The notes under the pieces were generated by a model. It did not search any database. It was not told the origin of the DNA and saw only the letters and a program-made list of their open reading frames with translations. A DNA stretch of 64,000 bases from Eledone cirrhosa. Taxonomy: Eukaryota. Shown here in pieces: positions 12,590 to 27,300 of the stretch (position 1 is the stretch's first letter; every line of letters starts with the position of its first letter). The DNA is taken from NCBI GenBank assembly GCA_964016885.1, contig OZ024745.1, positions 65,038,001 to 65,102,000 on the forward strand, given 5' to 3'. The position numbers and the translations under genes were made by a program.

Positions 12590-15500
12590 TATTTGGGTGA
12601 TCCATTTTTTATTTGGGGGATCCATTTTTTATTTGGGTGATCCATTTTTTATTTGGGAATCCATTTTTTATTTGGGTGAGCCATTTTTTATTTGGGTGAT
12701 CCATTTTTTATTTGGGGGATCCATTTTTTATTTGGGTGATCCATTTTTTATTTGGGGGATCCATTTTTTATTTGGGGGATTCATTTTTTATTTGGGTGAT
12801 CCATTTTTTATTTGGGTGATCCATTTTTTAATTGGGTGATCCATTTTTTATTTGGGGGATCCATTTTTTATTTGGGTGATCCATTTTTTAGTTGGGTGGT
12901 CCATTTTCTATTTGGGTGATCCATTTTTTATTTGGGGGATCCATTTTTTATTTGGGTGATCCATTTTTTATTTGGGAATCCATTTTTTATTTGGGTGAGC
13001 CATTTTTTATTTGGGTGATCCATTTTTTATTTGGGGGATCCATTTTTTATTTGGGTGATTCATTTTTTATTTGGGGGGTCCATTTTTTATTTGGGGGATC
13101 CATTTTTATTTGGGTGATCCATTTTCTATTTGGGGGATCCATTTTTTATTTGGGTGATCCATTTTTTATTTGGGTTGATCCCTTTTTTATTTGGGGGATC
13201 CATTTTTTATTTGGGTGATCCATTTTTTATTTGGGGGATCCATTTTTTATTTGGGTGATCCATTTTTTATTTGAGGGATCCATTTTATATTTGGGTGATC
13301 CATTTTTTATTTGGGGGATCCATTATTTATTTGGGTGATCCATTTTTTATTTGGGTGATCCATTTTTTTATTTGGGTGATCCATTTTTTATTTGGGTGAT
13401 CCATTTTTTATTTGGGTGATACATTTTTTATTTGGGGGATCCATTTTTTATTTGGGTGATCCATTTTTTATTTGAGGGATCCATTTTATATTTGGGTGAT
13501 CCATTTTTTATTTGGGTGATCCATTTTTTATTTGGGGGATCCATTTTTTATTTGGGGGATCCATTTTTTATTTGGGGGATCCATTTTTTATTTGGGGGAT
13601 CCATTTTTTATTTCGGGGATCCATTTTTTATTTGGGTGATTCATTTTTTATTTGGGGGATCCATTTTTTATTTGGGTGATCCATTTTTTAATTTGGGGGT
13701 CCATTTTTTATTTGGGTGATCCATTTTTTATTTGGGTGATCCATTTTTTAATTGGGTGATCCATTTTTATTTGGGTGATCCATTTTTTACTTGGGGGATC
13801 CATTTTTTATTTGGGGGATCCTTTTTTTATTTGGGTGATCCATTTTTTATTTGGGTGATCCATCTTTTATTTGGGGGATTCATTTTTTATTTGGGTGATC
13901 CATTTTTTATTTGGGTGATCCATTTTTTATTTGGGGGATCCATTTTTTATTTGGGGGATCCATTTTTTATTTGGGGGATCCATTTTTTATTTGGGGGATC
14001 CATTTTTTATTTGGGTGATCCATTTTTTATATGGGTGATCCATTTTTTATTTGGGGGGATCCATTTTTAATTTGGGTGATCCATTTTTTATTTGGGGGAT
14101 CCATTTTTTATTTGGGTGATCCATTTTTTATTTGGGGGATTCATTTTTTATTTGGGTGATCCATTTTTTATTTGGGTGATCCATTTTTTAATTGGGTGAT
14201 CCATTTTTTATTTGGGGGATCCATTTTTTATTTGGGTGATCCATTTTTTAGTTGGGTGGTCCATTTTTTATTTGGGTGATCCATTTTTTATTTGGGGGAT
14301 CCATTTTTTATTTGGGTGATCCATTTTTGATTTGGGAATCCATTTTTTATTTGGGTGAGCCATTTTTTATTTGGGTGATCCATTTTTTATTTGGGGGATC
14401 CATTTTTTATTTGGGTGATTCATTTTTTATTTGGGGGGTCCATTTTTTATTTGGGGGATCCATTTTTATTTGGGTGATCCATTTTCTATTTGGGGGATCC
14501 ATTTTTTATTTGGGTGATCCATTTTTTATTTGGGTTGATCCCTTTTTTATTTGGGGGATCCATTTTTTATTTGGGTGATCCATTTTTTATTTGGGGGATC
14601 CATTTTTTATTTGGGTGATCCATTTTTTATTTGAGGGATCCATTTTATATTTGGGTGATCCATTTTTTATTTGGGGGATCCATTATTTATTTGGGTGATC
14701 CATTTTTTATTTGGGTGATCCATTTTTTTATTTGGGTGATCCATTTTTTATTTGGGTGATCCATTTTTTATTTGGGTGATACATTTTTTATTTGGGGGAT
14801 CCATTTTTTATTTGGGTGATCCATTTTTTATTTGGGTGATCCATTTTTTATTTGAGGGATCCATTTTATATTTGGGTGATCCATTTTTTATTTGGGTGAT
14901 CCATTTTTTATTTGGGGGGGTCCATTTTTTATTTGGGGGATCCATTTTTTATTTGGGGGATCCATTTTTTATTTGGGGGATCCATTTTTTATTTCGGGGA
15001 TCCATTTTTTATTTGGGTGATTCATTTTTTATTTGGGGGATCCATTTTTTATTTGGGTGATCCATTTTTTTAATTTGGGGGTCCATTTTTTATTTGGGTG
15101 ATCCATTTTTTATTTGGGTGATCCATTTTTTAATTGGGTGATCCATTTTTATTTGGGTGATCCATTTTTTACTTGGGGGATCCATTTTTTATTTGGGTGA
15201 TCCATTTTTTATTTTGCTGATTCATTTTTTATTTGGGTGATCCATTTTTTATTTGGGGGATCCATTTTTTATTTGGGTGAACCATTTTTTATTTGGGGGA
15301 TCCATTTTTTATTTGGGTGATCCATTTTTTATTTGGGTGATCCATTTTTTATTTGGGGGATCCATTTTTTATTTGGGTGATCCATTTTTTTATTTGGGTG
15401 ATCCATTTTTTATTTGGGTGATCCATTTTTTATTTGGGTGATACATTTTTTATTTGGGGGATCCATTTTTTATTTGGGTGATCCATTTTTTATTTGGGTG

Positions 15501-18500
15501 ATCCATTTTTTATTTGAGGGATCCATTTTATATTTGGGTGATCCATTTTTTATTTGGGGGATCCATTTTTTATTTGGGTGATCCATTTTTTATTTGGGGG
15601 ATCCATTTTTTATTTGGGTGATCCATTTTTTATTTGAGGGATCCATTTTATATTTGGGTGATCCATTTTTTATTTGGGGGATCCATTATTTATTTGGGTG
15701 ATCCATTTTTTATTTGGGTGATCCATTTTTTTATTTGGGTGATCCATTTTTTATTTGGGTGATCCATTTTTTATTTGGGTGATACATTTTTTATTTGGGG
15801 GATCCATTTTTTATTTGGGTGATCCATTTTTTATTTGGGTGATCCATTTTTTATTTGAGGGATCCATTTTATATTTGGGTGATCCATTTTTTATTTGGGT
15901 GATCCATTTTTTATTTGGGGGATCCATTTTTTATTTGGGGGATCCATTTTTTATTTGGGGGATCCATTTTTTATTTGGGGGATCCATTTTTAATTTCGGG
16001 GATCCATTTTTTATTTGGGTGATTCATTTTTTATTTGGGGGATCCATTTTTTATTTGGGTGATCCATTTTTTTAATTTGGGGGTCCATTTTTTATTTGGG
16101 TGATCCATTTTTTATTTGGGTGATCCATTTTTTAATTGGGTGATCCATTTTTATTTGGGTGATCCATTTTTTACTTGGGGGATCCATTTTTTATTTGGGT
16201 GATCCATTTTTTATTTTGCTGATTCATTTTTTATTTGGGTGATCCATTTTTTATTTGGGGGATCCATTTTTTATTTGGGTGAACCATTTTTTATTTGGGG
16301 GATCCATTTTTTATTTGGGTGATCCATTTTTTATTTGGGGGATCCATTTTTTATTTGGGTGATCTATTTTTTATTTGGGGGATTCATTTTTTATTTGGGT
16401 GATCCATTTTTTATTAGGGGGGTCCATTTTTTATTTGGGTGATCCATTTTTATTTGGAGATCCATTTTTTATTTAGGTGATCCATTTTATAATTGGGTGA
16501 TCCATTTTTTATTTGGGTGATCCATTTTTTATTTGGGGGATCCATTTTTTATTTGGAGGATCCATTTTTTATTTGGGTGATCCATTTTTTATTTGGGTGA
16601 TCCATTTTTTATTTGAGGGACCCATTTTATATTTGGGTGATCCATTTTTTATTTGGGTGATCCATTTTTTATTTGGGGGATCCATTTTTTATTTGGGGGA
16701 TCCATTTTTTATTTGGGGGATCCATTTTTTATTTGGGGGATCCATTTTTTATTTCGGGGATCCATTTTTTATTTGGGTGATTCATTTTTTATTTGGGGGA
16801 TCCATTTTTTATTTGGGTGATCCATTTTTTTTATTTGGGGGTCCATTTTTTATTTGGGTGATCCATTTTTTATTTGGGTGATCCATTTTTTAATTGGGTG
16901 ATCCATTTTTATTTGGGTGATCCATTTTTTACTTGGGGGATCCATTTTTTATTTGGGTGATCCATTTTTTATTTTGCTGATTCATTTTTTATTTGGGTGA
17001 TCCATTTTTTATTTGGGGGATCCATTTTTTATTTGGGTGAACCATTTTTTATTTGGGGGATCCATTTTTTATTTGGGTGATCCATTTTTTATTTGGGTGA
17101 TCCATTTTTTATTTGGGTGATCCATTTTTTATTTGGGGGATCCATTTTTTATTTGGGGGATCCATTTTTTATTTGGGTGATCCATTTTTATTTGGAGATC
17201 CATTTTGTATTTGGGTGATCCATTTTGTATTTGGGGGATCCATTTTTTAATTGGGTGATCCATTTTTTATTTGGGGGATCCATTTTTTATTTGGGGGATC
17301 CATTTTTTATTTGGGGGATCCATTGTTTATTTGGTTGATCCATTTTTTATTTGGGTGATCCATTTTTTATTTGGGGGATCCATTTTTTATTTGGGTGATC
17401 CATTTTTTATTTGGGTGATCCATTTTTTATTTGGGGGATCCTTTTTTTATTTGGGTGATCCATTTTTTATTTGGGTGATCCATTTTTTATTTGGGGGATC
17501 CATTTTTTATTTGGGTGATCCATTTTTTATTTGGGTGATACATTTTTTATTTGGGGGATCCATTTTTTATTTGGGTGATCCATTTTTTATTTGGGGGATC
17601 CATTTTTTATTTGGGGGATCCATTTTTTATTTGGGTGATCCATTTTTTATTTGGGTGATCCATTTTTTATTTGGGGGGATCCATTTTTTATTTGGGTGAT
17701 CCATTTTTTATTTGGGGGATCCATTTTTTATTTGGGTGATCCATTTTTTATTTGGGGGATCCATTTTTTATTTGGGTGATCCATTTTTTATTTGGGTGAT
17801 CCATTTTTTAATTGGGTGATCCATTTTTTATTTGGGGGATCCATTTTTTATTTGGGTGATCCATTTTTTAGTTGGGTGGTCCATTTTTTATTTGGTTGAT
17901 CCATTTTTTATTTGGGGGGTCCATTTTTTATTTGGGGGATCCATTTTTATTTGGGTGATCCATTTTATATTTGGGGGATCCATTTTTTATTTGGGTGATC
18001 CATTTTTTATTTGGGTTGATCCCTTTTTTATTTGGGGGATCCATTTTTTATTTGGGTGATCCATTTTTTATTTGGAGGATCCACTTTTTATTTGGGTGAT
18101 CCATTTTTTATTTGAGGGATCCATTTTATATTTGGGTGATCCATTTTTTATTTGGGGGATCCATTATTTATTTGGGTGATCCATTTTTTATTTGGGTGAT
18201 CCATTTTTTATTTGGGTGATCCATTTTTTATTTGGGTGATCCATTTTTTATTTGGGTGATCCATTTTTTATTTGGGGGATCCATTTTTTATTTGGGTGAT
18301 CCATTTTTTATTTGGGGATCCATTTTTTATTTGGGTGATCCATTTTTTATTTGGGTGATCCATTTTTTATTTGGGGGATACATTTTTTATTTGGGTGATC
18401 CATTTTTTATTTGGGGGGGTCCATTTTTTATTTGGGGGATCCATTTTTATTTGGGTGATCCATTTTTTATTTGGGGGATCCATTTTTTATTTGGGTGATC

Positions 18501-21500
18501 CCTTTTTTATTTGGGGGATCCATTTTTTATTTGGGTGATCCATTTTTTATTTGGGGGATCCATTTTTTATTTGGGGGATTCATTTTTTATTTGGGTGATC
18601 CTTTTTTTATTAGGGGGATCCATTTTTTATTTGGGTGATCCATTTTTATTTGGAGATCCATTTTTTATTTAGGTGATCCATTTTATAATTGGGTGATCAA
18701 TTTTTTATTTGGGGGATCCATTTTTTATTTGGGGGATCCATTATTTATTTGGGTGATCCATTTTTTATTTGGGTGATCCATTTTTTATTTGGGTGATCCA
18801 TTTTTTATTTGGGTGATCCATTTTTTATTTGGGTGATCCATTTTTTATTTGGGGGATCCATTTTTTATTTGGGTGATCCATTTTTTATTTGGGGGATCCA
18901 TTTTTTATTTGGGTGATCCATTTTTTATTTGGGGGATCCATTTTTTATTTCGGGGATCCATTTTATATTTGGGTGATTCATTTTTTATTTGGGGGATCCA
19001 TTTTTTATTTTGGGTGATCCATTTTTTATTAGGGGGATCCATTTTTTATTTGGGTGATCCATTTTTATTTGTAGATCCATTTTTTATTTGGGTGATCCAT
19101 TTTTTAATTGGATGATCCATTTTTTATTTGGGGGATCCATTTTTTATTTGGGGGATCCATTATTTATTTGGGTGATCCATTTTTTATTTGGGTGATCCAT
19201 TTTTTATTCGGGGGATCCATTTTTTATTTGGGTGATCCATTTTTTATTTGGGTGATCCATTTTTTAATTGGGGATCCATTTTTTATTTAGTTGATCCATT
19301 TTTTAATTGGGTGATGCATTTTTTATTTGGGGGATCCATTTTTTATTTGGGGGATCCATTTTTTATTTGGGGGATCCATTGTTTATTTGGGTGATCCATT
19401 TTTTATTTGGGTGATCCATTTTTTATTTGGGGGATCCATTTTGTATTTGGGTGATCCATTTTTTATTTGGGTGATCCATTTTTTATTTGGGTGATCCATT
19501 TTTTATTTGTGGGATCCATTTTTTATTTGGGTGATCCATTTTTTATTTGGGGGATCCTTTTTTTATTTGGGTGATCCATTTTTTATTTGGGTGATCCATT
19601 TTTTATTTGGGGGATCCATTTTTTATTTGGGTGATCCATTTTTTATTTGGGTGATCCATTTTTTATTTGGGGGATCCATTTTTTATTTGGGTGATCCATT
19701 TTTTATTTGGGGGATCCATTTTTTATTTGGGGGATCCATTTTTTATTTGGGTGATCCATTTTTTATATGGGTGATCCATTTTTTATTTGGGGGGATCCAT
19801 TTTTAATTTGGGTGATCCATTTTTTATTTGGGGGATACATTTTTTATTTGGGTGATCCATTTTTTATTTGGGGGATCCATTTTTTATTTGGGTGATCCAT
19901 TTTTTATTTGGGTGATCCATTTTTTAATTGGGTGATCCATTTTTTATTTGGGGGATCCATTTTTTATTTGGGTGATCCATTTTTTAGTTGGGTGGTCCAT
20001 TTTTTATTTGGGTGATCCATTTTTTATTTGGGGATCCATTTTTTATTTGGGTGATCCATTTTTTATTTGGGGATCCATTTTTTATTTGGGTGATCCATTT
20101 TTTATTTGGGTGATCCATTTTTTATTTGGGGGATCCATTTTTTATTTGGGTGATTCATTTTTTAATTGGGGGGTCCATTTTTTATTTGGGGGATCCATTT
20201 TTATTTGGGTGATCCATTTTTTATTTGGGGGATCCATTTTTTATTTGGGTGATCTATTTTTTATTTGGGTTGATCCCTTTTTTATTTGCGGGATCCATTT
20301 TTTATTTGGGTGATCCATTTTTTATTTGGGGGATCCATTTTTTATTTGGGTGATCCATTTTTTATTTGAGGGATCCATTTTATATTTGGGTGATCCATTT
20401 TTTATTTGGGGGATCCATTATTTATTTGGGTGATCCATTTTTTATTTGGGTGATCCATTTTTTATTTGGGTGATCCATTTTTTATTTGGGTGATCCATTT
20501 TTTATTTGGGGATCCATTTTTTATTTGGGTGATCCATTTTTTATTTGGGTGATCCATTTTTTATTTGGGGGATCCATTTTTTATTTGGGTGATCCATTTT
20601 TTATTTGGGGATCCATTTTTTATTTGGGTGATCCATTTTTTATTTGGGTGATCCATTTTTTATTTGGGGGATCCATTTTTTATTTGGGTGATCCATTTTT
20701 TATTTGGGGGTCCATTTTTTATTTGGGGGATCCATTTTTATTTGGGTGATCCATTTTTTATTTGGGGGATCCATTTTTTATTTGAGTGATCCATTTTTTA
20801 TTTGGGTTGATCCCTTTTTTATTTGGGGGATCCATTTTTTATTTGGGTGATCCATTTTTTATTTGGGGGATCCATTTTTTATTTGGGGGATCCATTTTTT
20901 ATTTGGTTGATCCATTTTTTATTAGGGGGATCCATATTTTATTTGGGTGATCCATTTTAATTTGGAGATCCATTTTTTGTTTAGGTGATCCATTTTATAA
21001 TTGGGTGATCCATTTTTTATTTGGGGGATCCATTTTTTATTTGGGGGATCCATTATTTATTTGGGTGATCCATTTTTTATTTGGGTGATCCATTTTTTAT
21101 TTGGGTGATCCATTTTTTATTTGGGTGATCCATTTTTTATTTGGGTGATCCATTTTTTATTTGGGGGATCCATTTTTTATTTGGGTGATCCATTTTTTAT
21201 TTGGGTGATCCATTTTTTATTTGAGGGATCCATTTTATATTTGGGTGATCCATTTTTTATATGGGTGATCCATTTTTTATTTGGGGGATCCATTTTTTAT
21301 TTGGGGGATCCATTTTTTATTTGGGGGATCCATTTTTTATTTCGGGGATCCATTTTTTATTTCGGGGATCCATTTTTTATTTGGGTGATTCATTTTTTAT
21401 TTGGGGGATCCATTTTTTATTTGGGTAATCCATTTTTTTTATTTGGGGGTCCATTTTTTATTTGGGTGATCCATTTTTTATTTGGATGATCCATTTTTTA

Positions 21501-24376
21501 ATTGGGTGATCCATTTTTATTTGGGTGATCCATTTTTTACTTGGGGGATCCATTTTTTATTTGGGTGATCCATTTTTTATTTTGCTGATTCATTTTTTAT
21601 TTGGGTGATCCATTTTTTATTTGGGGGATCCATTTTTTATTTGGGTGAACCATTTTTTATTTGGGAGATCCATTTTTTATTTGGGTGATCCATTTTTTAT
21701 TTGGGTGATCCATTTTTTATTTGGGGGATCCATTTTTTATTTGGGTGATCCATTTTTTATTTGGGTGATCCATTTTTTATTTGGGGGATCCATTTTTTAT
21801 TTGGGGGATCCATTTTTTATTTGGGTGATCCATTTTTATTTGGAGATCCATTTTGTATTTGGGTGATCCATTTTTTAATTGGGTGATCCATTTTTTATTT
21901 GGGTGATCCATTTTTTATTTGGGTGGTCCATTTTTTATTTGGGTGATCCATTTTTTATTTGGGGGATCGATTTTTTATTTGGGTGATCCATTTTTTATTT
22001 GGGGATCCATTTTTTATTTGGGTGATCCATTTTTTATTTGGGTGATCCATTTTTTATTTGGGGGATCCATTATTTATTTGGGTGATCCATTTTTTATTTG
22101 GGTGATCCATTTTTTATTTGGGGGATCCATTTTTTATTTGGGTGATCCATTTTTTATTTGGGTGATCCATTTTTTATTTGGGGGATCCATTTTTTATTTG
22201 GGGGATCCATTTTTTATTTGGGTGATCCATTTTTATTTGGAGATCCATTTTGTATTTGGGTGATCCATTTTTAATTTGGGTGATCCATTTTTTATTTGGG
22301 GGATCCATTTTTTATTTGGGTGATCCATTTTTTATTTGGGTGATCCATTTTTTATTTGGGGATCCATTTTTTATTTGGGTGATCCATTTTTTATTTGGGT
22401 GATCCATTTTTTATTTGGGGGATACATTTTTTATTTGGGTGCTCCATTTTTTATTTGGGGGGTCCATTTTTTATTTGGGGGATCCATTTTTATTTGGGTG
22501 ATCCATTTTTTATTTGGGGGATCCATTTTTTATTTGGGTGATCCCTTTTTTATTTGGGGGATCCATTTTTTATTTGGGTGATCCTTTTTTTATTTGGGGG
22601 ATCCATTTTTTATTTGGGGGATTCATTTTTTATTTGGGTGATCCATTTTTTATTAGGGGGATCCATTTTTTATTTGGGTGATCCATTTTTATTTGGAGAT
22701 ACATTTTTTATTTAGGTGATCCATTTTATAATTGGGTGATCCATTTTTTATTTGGGGGATCCATTTTTTATTTGGAGGATCCATTATTTATTTGGGTGAT
22801 CCATTTTTTATTTGGGTGATCCATTTTTTATTTGGGTGATCCATTTTTTATTTGGGTTGATCCCTTTTTTATTTGGGGGATCCATTTTTTATTTGGGTGA
22901 TCCATTTTTTATTTTGGGGATTCATTTTTTATTTGGGTGATCCATTTTTTATTTGGGTGATCCATTTTTTATTTGGGTGATCCATTTTTTATTTGGGTGA
23001 TCCATTTTTTATTTGGGTGATCCATTTTTTATTTGAGGGACCCATTTTATATTTGGGTGATCCATTTTTTATTTGGGTGATCCATTTTTTATTTGGGGGA
23101 TCCCTTTTTTATTTGGGGGATCCATTTTTTATTTGGGGGATCCATTTTTTATTTGGGGGATCCATTTTTTATTTCGGGGATCCATTTTTTATTTGGGTGA
23201 TTCATTTTTTATTTGGGGGATCCATTTTTTATTTGGGTGATCCATTTTTTTTATTTGGGGGTCCATTTTTTATTTGGGTGATCCATTTTTTATTTGGGTG
23301 ATCCATTTTTTAATTGGGTGATCCATTTTTATTTGGGTGATCCATTTTTTGCTTGGGGGATCCATTTTTTATTTGGGTGATCCATTTTTTATTTTGCTGA
23401 TTCATTTTTTATTTGGGTGATCCATTTTTTATTTGGGGGATCCATTTTTTATTTGGGTGAACCATATTTTATTTGGGGGGATCCATTTTTTATTTGGGTG
23501 ATCCATTTTTTATTTGGGTGATCCATTTTTTATTTGGGGGATCCATTTTTTATTTGGGTGATCCATTTTTTATTTGGGGGATCCATTTTTTATTTGGGGG
23601 ATTCATTTTTTATTTGGGTGATCCATTTTTTATTAGGGGGATCCATTTTTTATTTGGGTGATCCATTTTTATTTGGAGATCCATTTTTTATTTAGGTGAT
23701 CCATTTTATAATTGGGTGATCCATTTTTTATTTGGGGGATCCATTTTTTATTTGGAGGATCCATTATTTATTTGGGTGATCCATTTTTTATTTGGGGGAT
23801 CCTTTTTTTATTTGGGTGATCCATTTTTTATTTGGGTGATCCATTTTTTATTTGGGGGATCCATTTTTTATTTGGGTGATCCATTTTTTATTTGGGTGAT
23901 ACATTTTTTATTTGGGGGATCCATTTTTTATTTGGGTGATCCATTTTTTATTTGGGGGATCCATTTTTTATTTGGGGGATCCATTTTTTATTTGGGTGAT
24001 CCATTTTTTATTTGGGTGATCCATTTTTTATTTGGGGGGATCTATTTTTTATTTGGGTGATCCATTTTTTATTTGGGGGATCCATTTTTTATTTGGGTGA
24101 TCCATTTTTTATTTGGGGGATCCATTTTTTATTTGGGTGATCCATTTTTTATTTGGGTGATCCATTTTTTAATTGGGTGATCCATTTTTTATTTGGGGGA
24201 TCCATTTTTTATTTGGGTGATCCATTTTTTAGTTGGGTGGTCCATTTTTTATTTGGTTGATCCATTTTTTATTTGGGGGGTCCATTTTTTATTTGGGGGA
24301 TCCATTTTTATTTGGGTGATCCATTTTATATTTGGGGGATCCATTTTTTATTTGGGTGATCCATTTTTTATTTGGG
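12590..24376 (+). repeat. 11.76-kb higher-order repeat, copy 2
   Basis: Collinear with 830-12617. The match ends where 24361 reads TTTGGGTTGATCCC and 12602 reads TTTGGGGGATCC. Differences I noticed: T7/T6 at about 1930/13689, A>T at 18602, C>T at 24043. Confidence 0.93.
17406..23766 (+). repeat. 6,361-bp HOR unit B, copy 2
   Basis: Constant offset of 6361 to the next copy: 17832/24193, 18849/25210, 19948/26309, 21919/28280, 23473/29834. Confidence 0.92.
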
Positions 24377-27300
24377 TTGATCCCTTTTTTATTTGGGGGA
24401 TCCATTTTTTATTTGGGTGATCCATTTTTTATTTGGAGGATCCACTTTTTATTTGGGTGATCCATTTTTTATTTGAGGGATCCATTTTATATTTGGGTGA
24501 TCCATTTTTTATTTGGGGGATCCATTATTTATTTGGGTGATCCATTTTTTATTTGGGTGATCCATTTTTTATTTGGGTGATCCATTTTTTATTTGGGTGA
24601 TCCATTTTTTATTTGGGTGATCCATTTTTTATTTGGGGGATCCATTTTTTATTTGGGTGATCCATTTTTTATTTGGGGATCCATTTTTTATTTGGGTGAT
24701 CCATTTTTTATTTGGGTGATCCATTTTTTATTTGGGGGATACATTTTTTATTTGGGTGATCCATTTTTTATTTGGGGGGGTCCATTTTTTATTTGGGGGA
24801 TCCATTTTTATTTGGGTGATCCATTTTTTATTTGGGGGATCCATTTTTTATTTGGGTGATCCCTTTTTTATTTGGGGGATCCATTTTTTATTTGGGTGAT
24901 CCATTTTTTATTTGGGGGATCCATTTTTTATTTGGGGGATTCATTTTTTATTTGGGTGATCCATTTTTTATTAGGGGGATCCATTTTTTATTTGGGTGAT
25001 CCATTTTTATTTGGAGATCCATTTTTTATTTAGGTGATCCATTTTATAATTGGGTGATCAATTTTTTATTTGGGGGATCCATTTTTTATTTGGGGGATCC
25101 ATTATTTATTTGGGTGATCCATTTTTTATTTGGGTGATCCATTTTTTATTTGGGTGATCCATTTTTTATTTGGGTGATCCATTTTTTATTTGGGTGATCC
25201 ATTTTTTATTTGGGGGATCCATTTTTTATTTGGGTGATCCATTTTTTATTTGGGGGATCCATTTTTTATTTGGGTGATCCATTTTTTATTTGGGGGATCC
25301 ATTTTTTATTTCGGGGATCCATTTTATATTTGGGTGATTCATTTTTTATTTGGGGGATCCATTTTTTATTTTGGGTGATCCATTTTTTATTAGGGGGATC
25401 CATTTTTTATTTGGGTGATCCATTTTTATTTGTAGATCCATTTTTTATTTGGGTGATCCATTTTTTAATTGGATGATCCATTTTTTATTTGGGGGATCCA
25501 TTTTTTATTTGGGGGATCCATTATTTATTTGGGTGATCCATTTTTTATTTGGGTGATCCATTTTTTATTCGGGGGATCCATTTTTTATTTGGGTGATCCA
25601 TTTTTTATTTGGGTGATCCATTTTTTAATTGGGGATCCATTTTTTATTTAGTTGATCCATTTTTTAATTGGGTGATGCATTTTTTATTTGGGGGATCCAT
25701 TTTTTATTTGGGGGATCCATTTTTTATTTGGGGGATCCATTGTTTATTTGGGTGATCCATTTTTTATTTGGGTGATCCATTTTTTATTTGGGGGATCCAT
25801 TTTGTATTTGGGTGATCCATTTTTTATTTGGGTGATCCATTTTTTATTTGGGTGATCCATTTTTTATTTGTGGGATCCATTTTTTATTTGGGTGATCCAT
25901 TTTTTATTTGGGGGATCCTTTTTTTATTTGGGTGATCCATTTTTTATTTGGGTGATCCATTTTTTATTTGGGGGATCCATTTTTTATTTGGGTGATCCAT
26001 TTTTTATTTGGGTGATCCATTTTTTATTTGGGGGATCCATTTTTTATTTGGGTGATCCATTTTTTATTTGGGGGATCCATTTTTTATTTGGGGGATCCAT
26101 TTTTTATTTGGGTGATCCATTTTTTATATGGGTGATCCATTTTTTATTTGGGGGGATCCATTTTTAATTTGGGTGATCCATTTTTTATTTGGGGGATACA
26201 TTTTTTATTTGGGTGATCCATTTTTTATTTGGGGGATCCATTTTTTATTTGGGTGATCCATTTTTTATTTGGGTGATCCATTTTTTAATTGGGTGATCCA
26301 TTTTTTATTTGGGGGATCCATTTTTTATTTGGGTGATCCATTTTTTAGTTGGGTGGTCCATTTTTTATTTGGGTGATCCATTTTTTATTTGGGGATCCAT
26401 TTTTTATTTGGGTGATCCATTTTTTATTTGGGGATCCATTTTTTATTTGGGTGATCCATTTTTTATTTGGGTGATCCATTTTTTATTTGGGGGATCCATT
26501 TTTTATTTGGGTGATTCATTTTTTAATTGGGGGGTCCATTTTTTATTTGGGGGATCCATTTTTATTTGGGTGATCCATTTTTTATTTGGGGGATCCATTT
26601 TTTATTTGGGTGATCTATTTTTTATTTGGGTTGATCCCTTTTTTATTTGCGGGATCCATTTTTTATTTGGGTGATCCATTTTTTATTTGGGGGATCCATT
26701 TTTTATTTGGGTGATCCATTTTTTATTTGAGGGATCCATTTTATATTTGGGTGATCCATTTTTTATTTGGGGGATCCATTATTTATTTGGGTGATCCATT
26801 TTTTATTTGGGTGATCCATTTTTTATTTGGGTGATCCATTTTTTATTTGGGTGATCCATTTTTTATTTGGGGATCCATTTTTTATTTGGGTGATCCATTT
26901 TTTATTTGGGTGATCCATTTTTTATTTGGGGGATCCATTTTTTATTTGGGTGATCCATTTTTTATTTGGGGATCCATTTTTTATTTGGGTGATCCATTTT
27001 TTATTTGGGTGATCCATTTTTTATTTGGGGGATCCATTTTTTATTTGGGTGATCCATTTTTTATTTGGGGGTCCATTTTTTATTTGGGGGATCCATTTTT
27101 ATTTGGGTGATCCATTTTTTATTTGGGGGATCCATTTTTTATTTGAGTGATCCATTTTTTATTTGGGTTGATCCCTTTTTTATTTGGGGGATCCATTTTT
27201 TATTTGGGTGATCCATTTTTTATTTGGGGGATCCATTTTTTATTTGGGGGATCCATTTTTTATTTGGTTGATCCATTTTTTATTAGGGGGATCCATATTT

